Below are positions 26,720 to 39,273 of a DNA stretch of 64,000 nt, piece after piece; position 1 is the first letter of the stretch, and each line of letters opens with the position of its first letter. The stretch comes from Octopus vulgaris. Taxonomy: Eukaryota. The stretch lies in contig OX597817.1 of the NCBI GenBank assembly GCA_951406725.2, positions 66,030,001-66,094,000 on the forward strand, read 5' to 3'. Under the pieces are notes generated by a model. It searched no databases, was not told the origin of the DNA, and saw only the letters and a program-made list of their open reading frames with translations. A program made the position numbers and the translations under genes.

Positions 26720-27190
26720 CCATCATCATCATTGTTCGACCGTGGTCGAGACAATGGAATTTACCATGCTACGCTAGACTTCACAGTCCATCATAGCATT
26801 ACAGAGGTCCTGTTGCTTGATGCCTGTATCCCTGGAGATTACGTCAGGGTAGGAGAGTGTGCACCCTCTGGTATTGCGAGTAGATGGCTTCCAGAGGAGA
26901 AGCGTAGAAATTGCCTCGTTTTCAGTGCTACAATGTCCAGCAAACTGGACTCTCCTACCTTTCACTAGAGATGACACAGGTGGTAGTTTCCCATATATTT
27001 GCATTTTGGTTGGATGACGCTTCCACAAGAGATTTTGAGTTCTTATAAGGAGGCGAGTGTAGGTTCCATCCAACTGCCTCTCAAGCTTCTTTGATAACGT
27101 CCAGGTTTCTGAGCCATATAGTAGAATTGGTTCGACTGTGGCTTTGAAGATTTCAAGTTTGAAGTCTCTACTTAGATTTGATGATCAGAT
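26720..27190 (-). mobile_element. 3' fragment of a non-LTR retrotransposon (RTE-like) with a (GAT)n tail
   Basis: Minus-strand remnants ATVEPILLYGSETWTLSK..., DGTYTRLLIR...QFAGHC...LLLWKP and TLSYPDVI.RDTG; CATCATCATC tail on plus near 26720. Confidence 0.7.
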
Positions 27191-27329
27191 CTTATGCATG
27201 TCCAGATCTTATGCATGTTTCCCCAGTTTAACTCACAGGGCTTGGGTTGACCTATGGCGATGGTAAAAGACACTTGCTGAAATGCCACACACTGAGATTA
27301 AACACAGAAATTCACTCACAAATGCAAAG

Positions 27330-28160
27330 TGAACTTCTTTACCATTCAGCAATATTGAAAGGCAGATTGTATGATGCCTGTGTGCAAGCAGCCATGCTAC
27401 AGGGCAGTGGAACATGGGTTGTGACTGCCGAGAAATGAAGCTAGCATGCTTCGCTGGATGTGAAATGTCAGCGTGCATGCACGACAGCATCTTGAGAGGA
27501 AAGTTGAGCATACGAGGCAACAGATGTGGTGTGCAAGAGAGATGACTGCACTGGTATGGTCATGTGATGCATATGGACAAGGACAGCAGGGTGAAGAAGT
27601 TCCACACTCTAACAGTGGATGAGGTAGACCCAGGAAGACATAGGACAAGGTAGTGAAGCATGATCTTTGAACGTTGGGCCTCACTGAGGCAATGACACAT
27701 GACCAAGACCTTTGGCAAAAACCCATGCTTGAGAAGACCCATCAAATCAGGTGAGATCGTGGTCATGGCTGATGCCAGTGTCACATAACTGGCACATAAA
27801 AAGCACACTTCAAACGTTAGGCAATATGCTGTGCTTGAGAAAACCTGTTAAACCAAGTGAAATCATAATCATAGCTGAAACCAGTGTCGGCACCTGTGCT
27901 GGTGGCATGTAAAAAGTACTGTTCAAGCATTGGGCTTCATGGCAGTAGTGACAGATGTCAAGCCAAATGAGATCATAGTCATGGCTGATGCTGGTATTAT
28001 GTAACTGGCACCCATGTCAGTGTCACCTAAAATGAACCCAACACACTTTGTAAAGTGGTTGACATTAGGAAAGGCATCCAACCATAAAAATCATGCCAAA
28101 TCAAATTGGAACCTGGTGCAGTTCTCCAGCATAGAAGATGTATGTTAAAGATGATGAGAT
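27330..28160 (+). mobile_element. Decayed RTE-type LINE 3' end
   Basis: LKGRLYDACVQAAML remnant plus the 3' UTR shared with 47617-48339. Confidence 0.7.
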
Positions 28161-28886
28161 ATATATATGTGTATGATGGAATCCTCAATCAAAGATGACA
28201 TATAAGTGTTCAGTTTTTACAAGTTGCACAAGTGATTTATTAATACTGATCAAGTGTGAACTGTACATTAGCTCACTCTCGCCATCAAACTGACATTACC
28301 TGAAAAGGTGCACAGTGTATAACATGTTTTGCACAAGAACATAATGCACCACCCAGTCCAGGAATAGAAACCACAATCTTGCAATCATGAGTTCAACACC
28401 CAACCACTAGGCCATGTGTTCTCAATACACAAATACAAATAAACATGGAAAATATATTTATATACACATGAACACACACACACACGCATATATATATATA
28501 TATACATACATACATACATACATACACACATATAGACATCTGTATCCTGAACATAACCATCTCACAGAATTAGCATGACACATTGTGTAACAAGACAAAT
28601 CATTTGAATTATAGGTGCAAGTCATCCAATGGGGTTCTGCTCAGTTTTCATCAATCCAGTTCCACTAACAAGGCCTGGGTCAACTTGAGAATAAGGTAAA
28701 AGACACTTACCAAAGATACTACAAGGTATTGATTGATTCTAGTTTCAGCTTATGAGCTGTGGCCATGCTGGGGCACATTTGTTTATTATTACATCCATTT
28801 TTTCCATTCTAGCATGGGATAAACATGTACATACACATACACACACATCTAGGGAGACAGAGAGAAATAAAGTATTCTATACTTAC

Positions 28887-28940
28887 TTTACCTACTTCTT
28901 GTGTAGCACCTTCTCCATAACGAACTGAAGAACACGCCAT
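28887..28940 (-). CDS. ADHFE1: ADHFE1 exon 4 (MACSSVRYGEGATQEVGK)
   Basis: AG/GTAAG boundaries, 54 nt; MA.S..RYG...T.EVG motif. Confidence 0.95.
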
Positions 28941-30164
28941 CTGTAAAACAGGAGAATCCCAAATTTACTAATAATAAGAATAAGAATTAGTGTGTGTGTG
29001 TGTGTGTGTGCATGCATGCATGCATGCATGTATTAAAACTGATCAAATGTGTACTGTACATTAGCTCTGTACTGTAGATCAAATTGTACAGTACAGAGTG
29101 TACATCAGAGTGCACCTTTTCAGTTTATGTCAATTTGATGAAAAAATTGACATAAACTGAAAAGGTGCACAGTGTATAAGGTGTTTTGCACAAGAACACA
29201 ATGCACCACCCATATGGGGAGATACATGGTTTAATGGTTAGGATATTGCAATCTTATGATTGTACTTTTGGTTCCTAAACCAGGGATTATTCCAGTCCAC
29301 TCAGCTGGCAAAAATGAGTAATCCTGTGATGGACTGGCATCCCATCTAAGGAGAGAATATATACACCACAGAATCTGGGAAACTGGTCTCATGACTCAGG
29401 AAGAACCTTTGATCTATTTATTTATTTATTTATTTATATAAAGAAAGAGAGAGAGACAGAGATTCTTACACAAGAATGTTGTTGACAGTGACGTCGAAGT
29501 TTTAGCCAGCTAGGCTGCAGTCCAATGATGGCTTAGCTGCCTGGAACTTTGAAGTCACTGTCAATAATATGTGTGTGTAAGAATTATATATTTGTACTCT
29601 ATAAAAGTATGGAGTAACTGATCAGACTAATGTAAAATTGTTCTTATCATAACAACATAAAAACAATGTGTGCGTGTGTGTGTGTGTGTGTTTGTGTGCG
29701 TGAGTGTGTGTGTGTGAATGTGTGTGTGTGTGCATGCATGTGTGTGTATAAAATTATGATATTTATTTATTTTACTTGCAAGTACACAAGACTACAAAAA
29801 TGTCTTTTAGATGTTAAACACAAAAATTCAACATGGAAATTCTTATTATAAACTGAAATAAGCTAAAAATAGAATCTAAAGAAAAATGTAGAAACAACAT
29901 TTTCAAAAACATTGTTCAAGAAACATGATATAAGATACACAGTCCAAACAAGGACAAGCTTTAGCATAAATAGAAGGTTATATAAGCAGAAGAAATATTC
30001 AACAGAAAATGTAACTAGAAACAATTCTATGGGGAAATACACTAACAATTTAAAGAGTCACTCAAATCCACAAGAAATAAGAAATAGAAACATTCTTCAA
30101 AATGATTTGAGAAATAATGGTTAAAAAATTGTTAAAAAATATGAAGACAATGCCAGATTCTCAA

Positions 30165-30460
30165 CCAGAAAAATATACTGAGGTATATTCTTCACTATAC
30201 TCATTGCCAATCCTAACCTTACTAACGGCCTCTCTGTATAGGGCCTGTACAGCCCTTATTAACCATTCATCAATCTCCAGTTTCCATATTGCCCACCAGA
30301 TAAGGGATCGGGGGACCCTATCAAAGGCTTTCTCCAAGTCCATGAAAGCCAAGTAGAGAGGTTTATCTTTATCTAGGTATTTCTCCTGCAGTTGTCGAAC
30401 CAGGAATATGGCATCAGTGGTGCTTCTACCCGGGAACAAAACCGAACTGCATCTCATCTA
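30165..30460 (-). mobile_element. RTE-type reverse transcriptase fragment
   Basis: GRSTTDAIFLVRQLQEKYL...LYLAFMDLEKAFDRVPR, the LINE RT motif around DLEKAFD. Confidence 0.85.
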
Positions 30461-32215
30461 AGCAGATTCCATCAATCCAATAATAATAATAAACCTTTCT
30501 AAAACAGGCACAAGGCCTGAATTTTTCTTTTTTTCTTTTTTGTGAGTGGTCGGATGGTTGATTACATTAACCCCAGTGCTTAATTGATACTTATTTCATC
30601 AGCCCTGAAAGGGTGAAAAACAAAGTTAACTTTGACAAAATTTGAACATAAAGCCACAAGAATGCCACTAAGCATTTTGTCAAGTATGTTACTGATTTAG
30701 TCAGCTCACCATTTTAATATTAATAATTTTTTCTGCTAAAGGCACAAGGCCTGGTAAGGGGATAGTCAATTACATCAACTCCAGTGCTTAACTGGTACTT
30801 ATTTCATTGACCCTAAAAGGATGAAAAGCAAAGTCAACCTCAACAGAATTTGAACTCAGAATGTAAAGATAGACAAAATGCTTCTAAACATTTTGTGTGG
30901 CATTCTAACAATTCTGCCAGCCTACCACCTTAAGAATAATAATAATTTCTAACATAGGTCTTCAATTTGGACTCATTTTTGTTTTTGTTTTCCCCTCTTT
31001 TGTCACTTTTTTTACTGTTCCTGATGGTTTTTTACCTTTCTCCAGTCTCTATCACTTTTCCATCATCACAAAATTCATGGAATAAAACTGCTGCTGGGAA
31101 CCTCTCACCAATTTTGTGTAACAGGATAAAATCTCTTGGCTTCACAATGGCCTAAATCAAAAGTCCCAGGGGTTGAAGAGTGGTGGCAGTGGTGATCAGT
31201 AAAAATGGCACTGAAGATAAATTCCACTCTGATTATCCTTGGACTTGAGACCAGTGGCTGCAGATATGGTCTTCGTCTCAGAACCTGCTGGTGTAGTTAC
31301 AGCCTCTGCTGTTGCCAACCTTGGCCTACTTCTTTTAATCAGCTTTTCTAACCCCATCAGTCTGATTGATTTCCTCTTTGCTCCCACAATTGGGTACAAC
31401 ACCAGAGAAGCTGAGTGATCTTCAGGGCAAAGATTTTGGGGTGGCATGTTCAGTACTACTACATCCTGCAAGCCTACCAACCTTCTTCCACTATAACAGA
31501 GTTGAACATGTTGAATTACTAATAAACAAAGCAAAATAAAATGGCTCAGGACACACCATCATTTCCACCTTGTGTGTACTTTTAAATATTCAAAACCTTT
31601 TGTTGGTATAAAAAAGCCCAATTTTCTATTAAATAATCTTAATAAAAGTACTTTTTCATGAGTCCTGACAGTGATGTTCATTTGCTTCTTCTTCTTTTTC
31701 TTCTCCTCCTCCTCCTACTTCTGCATCTTCAACATTTTCTAAACAGCCAGTAATTCTGAAGGGAGTGGGTAAGTTGATACCCTTGACTTCAATCCTACAC
31801 AGGTACTTCATTTTACTGACCCCAAAAGAGTGAAAGGCAAAATTGACTTGGGTAGGATTTGAACTCAGAATCAAAGAGCCAGATGAAATACTGCAAAACA
31901 TTTAGCATGACACTCTATTGATTCATCCAGCTCACAATTTTTGTAGACAAAGGCTTATAGACAATTGAACCAACTCCAGAATAGTAATGGTATTTATTCT
32001 ATTAGACTTGCACCAGCCCCATTCTCATAAAGAAAAAAAAGAAAGATGTTTGTGCTACTCAAAAAAGTAGTTAGTATGGTGGGTGCAGTGGTAATGATGG
32101 TGGTAGTGAGGGTGGGGGGGGTAGCAGTGGCAGATATGATTGTATTAGTGGTAGTGATGGAGAGAGAAGACCAATAAACAAAAAAAGTCAACAAAGAAAC
32201 AAAAAAAATTTTTAC

Positions 32216-32271
32216 CTCGAATGCGTATTCTTTTTGTGGTTGTGTGGTAGAGGTCCCATGATACTGAAAGC
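32216..32271 (-). CDS. ADHFE1: ADHFE1 exon 3 (FQYHGTSTTQPQKEYAFE)
   Basis: CAG acceptor, GAG|GTAAA donor. YAFE precedes MACS, as in the HOT motif (D/E)YAFEMA.S. Confidence 0.88.
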
Positions 32272-35190
32272 CTGAATAATTAATTAAAATAAAAAGAAAG
32301 TTATATCAAACCATCACATAATTTGACAAGACAGAGAAAGAATATATGCGTTTCTATCTGTTCAAATTTTCAAGTCTACATTTAAGAAAGGAATTTATCA
32401 TTGCCATAGCAATAGCTTTCCAGCCTGTTAAACACTGTGCACAAACAGAAACTAACATACTTTGGCCATAACTACTGCCACCAGCCATTCCTCAGTCTCA
32501 AGTGAACCATCATACTTGATACTACTGTTGGTAAGCATCAGCATGAGATTCTATGTTGGCAGTGAGCTGATAACAGTGACTGAGTAGCTATTCTATATAA
32601 AATTTGCTGTCAGACTACCTAAAGCAGATCACAGTAGTGAGTACTTGTCAATGAAGTCACAAGAGATAGTGTTCATCAACCAGATGGTACTGTAGCAGGA
32701 ATATTAGCAGAGTCCCAAATACCAATTCACTTCCTAGGAATCAAACCAAAAATCATTGTGTTTAGATGCAAACAATATATATAAACAATATATGGGACTG
32801 TCATTAACAATTTTGTCTTTGGCACCTTTTCTTTGACTGACATTGGCTATATATAGTGTGCCTGATACCTGGTCAGTGGTCATAACAGAGTCAAGATCAA
32901 TGGCTGCAGGGACTTACAACACTCAACTTTGTCTATGAAATTCTACTACTTCCACAATCACTATCATTGCTGTACTACACATCTCTTACAGACACACAAG
33001 AACCAATTCACTCAAAATAAATGTCTTTTCCCTCATTGATATTTTCTGCTATCGTAGCCTTTCATTACATTATTTTTCCTGTCAGATGAAGGTTCAGTCT
33101 CAAAACATCAGACTCCACTTCTCCACACAGGACACAAATTTAGCCAAACTCATGAGCTTCATTAAATAAGTAGGTATAATATGTCTTGACTGATACACTG
33201 CACCTCCATAACAACCATTAGCTTACAGGCTGATGTGCAATATGTCAAAATATTGAAATGATTCCTAAATGTTTTATGGGCTTTTATGGGCAGGTGCTAA
33301 TCTCCAGTTACATGGTGGAGAAGATGAGAGGTAAATCTAAATCTTCCTTTGTATGTGACACCACTATATTATATGTAACATTCTCCAGAACATTCTCAAT
33401 AATTACATGAACTAAAGCAATGTAGAAGTAACTGCTCTGTCTATAATCACAACAAAACTCCAAAGAAAAATTGCCCAAGTGGAATGGAACCCAAAATGAT
33501 GGAAGCCAAAACAAGCTTCTTAAAAACATTGCCATATCTGTGATATAGAGCAAAGGTTCTCAACAGGGGCCATATGCCCCCACCCCGGGGACCATTTGAG
33601 GCTCAAGGGATGCATTTTGGAGCAAAGAGACACTAGGGGGAGGTCGTTAGGAGACTTGGGGGTGCTAGTGAGGTGCTGGAAGACCCTCGTCTTCAGTAAT
33701 TATTAATTTGGAATTAACGAGTAGTAGCCATATTTTCACATTTCTGTGACAGTCGGTTTTAAAGAAACCATGTGTTTTTGTTTTAAATTTTCAAAAACTC
33801 AAAAAAACTTTTTTCCACTTTGACAACACCAAGCAAATTCCTGGTATCATGTGTAACTGGTGTTGCTAAAGTGAAGCCCCCAAAACAAAACCAAAAAACA
33901 GATGAATAGTGGCAGACAACTAAAAGAAAAAAGTAATGAATAAAAGCGGAAAGCTGAATGTGTGTGTGTGTGTGCCCAAATATATAAAGAATGGTGGTCA
34001 GAATTTTGGATCAAACTGGCTTTTGAGAGTGGCTGACAGGTATGTATTTGTGTATGTGTGTGTATGTATGGGTGCGTTTGTATGAATATGATTGCGTCTG
34101 TTGCCGTTTTGAATTCCTTTCTGCGATTGAACTTAAATTGACCCCTGGCTATTAAAGACCCAACCATACACACATACACATTTGTTTTAGGTTTTGTACC
34201 CATTTGAATTGTGGATATACACCAGATAATGTGGTAAGTTCTGAAAGTCAAATTCTGAATTTGTTTTAATCATAAAATTACATCCCAGCTAAAAACACAT
34301 CTTTTGGCTTTGGAAAACAGAATCTTTTCTTTCTCTTTCTATATTTTTTCTTAAGTTAGAATTTTTCTGTTTTGGTCAGGATTTTCCAATTTTCTGTATC
34401 AAGCAATGGACAGAAGCATTTAAAAAAAAATTAAATTCATAGAGCTGAACAAAATCAAAAATATTAATTTTAATTGTAATGATAGAGAGGAGTAAACATT
34501 TTCCCTTCCTTTAATACTAACAAGAGCATAGTATGAGGAAGACTTGGCTGTTATTTCTAGCAAATTGAACAACCACACAGTGAGTAACTTATTGGGTCAT
34601 TTGTTGATGTGTATAAGTAAACAAAAACCAAAGGAAAAACAGACACTAGCAAACACACACTTATATACATATATATATGAATGGGTGGAATTATGATGTA
34701 AGCACGTGCTAAAACTCCTTGTAATTTTTGTATTTTTACGAATTTTTACTAGATGTTTTTGATTCTGTCTTCTGTATACTGGAATTGATATGATTATGCA
34801 GCAAAACAAAATCTCCCACCCACCATTTTCTTTTTTTAATTTGTTGTTTTAAAATACTGACAGTCTGAATCTAGCATTCGTTTCTCTTTATAATTTCCAA
34901 ATAATATTTTAGTACTTTTATAGAAGAAAGTCAATTGACGGTTTTCACACTTTTTCACGTCATATGTGAAATGCCAGTGACATACTGCATATCCATCAGC
35001 AATATTAGCCAACAGATAGCTGTGCATATAGTCCAAGTAGACGAAAGCCTTCTTTTTAAGAGGAAAAATGAAGTTGGAAGAGTGGTGAAGAAATTTTAGA
35101 TACTTGTGACTGTTGTAAACGACAGTGTACCAGTCATTCATGTGTGTATGTATGTGTATAAAGATATAATTAAAACAATATGTATACACC

Positions 35191-35243
<53 letters not shown>

Positions 35244-35448
35244 AGAGAGAGAGATACACATCAAAGCCTAATGGTGTGAATTTTCTAAAACTCCTCTAAG
35301 GACAAATGGTTTTCACAATGAATTCCAATTTAATCAGAATCTACATGATCTAAAGTATATTTGTAGAAAAGAGATATTTAATTTTCTCAAGGTTATGTAG
35401 AAGCAAATCTTTGGGGCACAATTGTGTAACTATGCCGAAATATTTATA

Positions 35449-35656
35449 TTGGGTTGGTGCATAATTATGGTGACTTTTTTTCAACAAATTTTATTCAACA
35501 AAAACAATAACAATATGTAACAAAAATCTCTTTAAATGCTTATTCCGGAGCATATTCACCATCCCTGTCATTTAAAGATGTTTTTGTCATTTAAAGATGT
35601 TTGTGTTGAATAAAATTTGTTGAAAAAAAAGCCATAATAATTATGCACCAACCCAA
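35449..35656. mobile_element. Mariner-derived MITE (MADE-like)
   Basis: TA|TTGGGTTGGTGCATAATTAT...ATAATTATGCACCAACCCAA|TA, with imperfect TIRs of about 55 bp and a TA TSD. Confidence 0.85.
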
Positions 35657-37439
35657 TATATATACAAGGATGTATATAAAACTAACTCTGTAAAAATGTA
35701 TGTGTGTGTATGTATTTGTATGTTTCTGTATGTATTTATACATGTATATGTATAAGTTTCAGAAGACATCAGAATAATAGAATAAAAGTCAGTCATTATA
35801 AGAATTCTCCCAAAAATCTATTTCCTTAATTTTTAACTACTGTTTCTGGCACACATATTTACACAATTTTGATTTTGAAGTATACAAAAGGTTATTTGGA
35901 AATTATAAAGAGAAACGACTGGTAGATTCGGACTGTAGATTTTAAAACCACGAATTAGAAAAAAAATTTTGTGTGTGTCAAATTTCTTCTCCAGAAGTTC
36001 AAGGCTTCATAGGAATAAGCATGGAAAACTGCATCAAGATAACCAATTTTCAGATTTTTTAGTTCCTTTTAAAAAATGCAGATTTTGTGAATGAAACAAA
36101 ACTAGATCCTGAATAAGAAATGAATGTTTAATATAATAAATTTTCAGATTTTTTAAAGTCATTTTTAAAAGGGGCTGATTTTGTGACTCAAACTAACTAG
36201 ATCCAAGTACAGTGAATACCATCCTCCATAATTTGCTACTCATATGAAGTACATATGTATTTCAACAATTTCTATCAAATACACTCTTTCTTGAGCATGA
36301 AAAATCCTCTTTCCGGGTGACAATAACGTACACGTCAGATAGTTGCACAAGTTCTAGCTATTTTGATAAGGGAAATCGGAAAGATTTGAAATGATTTCAT
36401 CAGCATTTACTTGTACCAAAGAGTACTTTTTCAATAGACATGTTTATCTCATTGTAACTCCAAGGGTGAAAATGGGTTGAGAGCCTTTGATATAGAGCAT
36501 TACTTCTTTTCTGAATATCCCAAGTTTGAAAATTAGTATATTGTGAGCAGTAACTGAAAAGCTATGCTAGTCAAATTTAACTTTTAAGGATGCAAAGTTG
36601 ACCACAGTAACAGAGTTTGATATAATAAGTATGCATATATGACTTCATTGTTTAGATAGCAACGAAGAAGTGACTAAATGAGGAGATAAATTTTTCTTTA
36701 TAACCTTCAAATGTTTCTAAAAATAAGGTGAAAAAAATACATTTTTAATAATTATTTTGGGTCATAGACATATTATAAAAAGGTGTAATATAAATAATTT
36801 TAAATAAAAAATTGTAAACAATAAATATACAAAAGGTATCAAATTGGCAAGTGTTGTTAAAATGTCAGATCAAATGCCTTGTGGGTATTTGTTGTGACTC
36901 TCTGCAAATCCTACTGAAGTAAGCTTTGTATTTCATCCTTTGTGAATGAGATGGATACTAGTCCAGAGTGAAGGACTGGTGAAACTGTTACAGCATTGGA
37001 TGAGACACTTTGTAGTAGCTAGTTTGGATCCATACATTCTGAGTTTAAAACCCCACATAGACCACCATTACAGTGAAGCAGCCTTATCTGGGTGAACAAA
37101 GAAAGCAAAAAAAAAGTACTGAATTAAAGAGTTTATGTCCTTATTAAATAGTGAAAATCCAAGGCCACAAATTATCAATAGATAATTATGATGATGATAA
37201 ACTAAGTTGACATTAACTTATAACCTTATCTGGGAAGGTTGCATAACATATTAACCAACATATAAAATTTAACAGAAATCACACATAATTTAGAGATAGA
37301 AAAATGGCTCATGGAAAAGAGGTGAAATTAATGTAATATAGATATCTTGAGTGACTATCAGAACTAGAGTAGAAATTTCAGGTCTTAGTAAGTAGGAAAG
37401 CAGACATATCACAAATCTCTTCAGGTAGACGACCCTGCT

Positions 37440-38447
37440 CAATATGTAGGAAAGGCGTAGGTAGAAATTCCATAAGATGTACCTGGTGCAAGCTATGGAT
37501 GCATAAGAGATGCAGCAATATCAGAAGAAGGTTAACAGGGAAAATATTTTTGCGTGAGGCAGATATACAGATACAATAAACACAAGAAATGTTCAGAAAA
37601 TAGACTCCATCAAATGCCAGTGGGGATATTTAGAAGTAGTTGATAGCTTCCATTACCTGCATGACCAAGTCAGTAGTGGTGGAGGATGCTCTGAGAGCAT
37701 AGCTGCTAGAATAAGAATGGGCTGACCAAAGTTCAGAGAGCTTCTACCTTTGTCAACAAAGAGCCCCTCCCTCAAAATGAAAGGCAGATTGTATGATAAC
37801 TGTGTGTTGACAGCCATGCTACATGGCAGTGAAACATGAGCTGTGACTGCAGAGGACATGCAAATGCTCTAAAGAAATGAAGCTAGTATGCTTCACTGGA
37901 TGAGCAATGTCAGTGTGCATATACAGCAAAGTGTAAGCATCTTGAGAGAAAAATTGGGCATAAGAGGCACCAGATGTGGTGTACAAGAAAAAAATGTGTT
38001 GGTATGGTCTTATGATGTGTATGGACAAGAACAGCTGTGTAAAGAAGTGTCAATTATCACTAACTGTAGAGGGAACCTGTGGAAGAGGTAGATCCAAGAA
38101 GACATGGGACAAAGTGGTGAAACATGATCTTCAGATGTTGGGTCTCATGGAGGTGATGACAAATGATCAAGACCTTTGGTTGTTTGCTATGCTTGAGAAG
38201 TCACGTCAGGCCAAGTGAAATCATAGTCATGAATTGTGCTGATGACACAAAAAAGGTACCTGTAATGGTGATACATAAAAGGCACCAACTACACTCTTGG
38301 AGTGGTTGGCATTAAGAAGGGTGTCCAGCTGTAGCCAAGCCAAGATCAGACTAAAGCATGGTACAGCTCTCTGGCTTACCAGTTCCAGTCAAACAGTCTG
38401 ACCTATGCCAGCATGGAAAACGGATGCTAAATGATTATGATTATGAT
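37440..38447 (+). mobile_element. Decayed RTE-type LINE 3' part
   Basis: Remnants LEVVDSFHYL..., KGRLYD and WYG...VEGTCGRGRSKKTW, with a GATTATGATG tail. Confidence 0.75.
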
Positions 38448-39138
38448 GTATGCTAAACAAACAAACCTAAGCTTTTTTACATTATTAGTTGCCAACAATA
38501 TATCTTTCTGACAAATCCTATACAGTCAGGAGTTTTACAGTGAATTCATGATAAATTCTAGTCAAGAAAACCAAGGGAAATAAATAATTCTAACATTTGG
38601 GAGTTGTTTCCATTGTCATTCTTGCCCAGAATTAATATTAAGCTAATGATTTTCTCTTTATCATGACTTTAATTTCAGTTAAGTAAAATGGCTTGGGCCA
38701 TTACATTAAATATGTTAACCCTCAATTTTTTTCTTTTTTTGAGCTGAGAGAATCCCCTTAGTCATTTTTCTATAATGTCACACAACATTATGTCATCAAT
38801 GATCAGCCAGAATTGTGTTCCATTACCCATGTATGTATTTATAACATGTATAACATAAAGCCAATAAATAACACCATTCATATCACACAAATAATTAAGA
38901 AAACCAAAAAAATTACAAAAATTAAAAATTTTTAATCATTATAAATATTCCGATTAACGATGGACACTAATTTCTGACAACTTTCTTTATTTCTTCAATT
39001 TATATATGTTGAACGTTACAAGTTCAGATCCTACGTATGATATTTATGACATCATTCTCTGTTCACCAGCACATGCAATGCTTGAATAGAATGTCTTGTG
39101 GGTACTACCATAATTGTCAGATGACAAGCAGTGTACAT

Positions 39139-39273
39139 CAGTGGTTCCCAACCTTTTCACTACCAAGGACCCCGTTTATTTAAATGAGGATACCCCAGGA
39201 TATTGAAAGGTTTGTCAGCTTAACATGTTCATGGACCCCCAAGGGTCCACGAACCACAGGTTGGGAACCACTG
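39139..39273. mobile_element. hAT-family MITE
   Basis: 16-bp TIR CAGTGGTTCCCAACCT/AGGTTGGGAACCACTG and an 8-bp TSD GTGTACAT/GTATACAT (7/8 match). Confidence 0.85.

Noticed and set aside
31196-31534. 112-aa minus-strand ORF
   Set aside because: No recognisable domain or splice-consistent role; probably decayed retroelement sequence.
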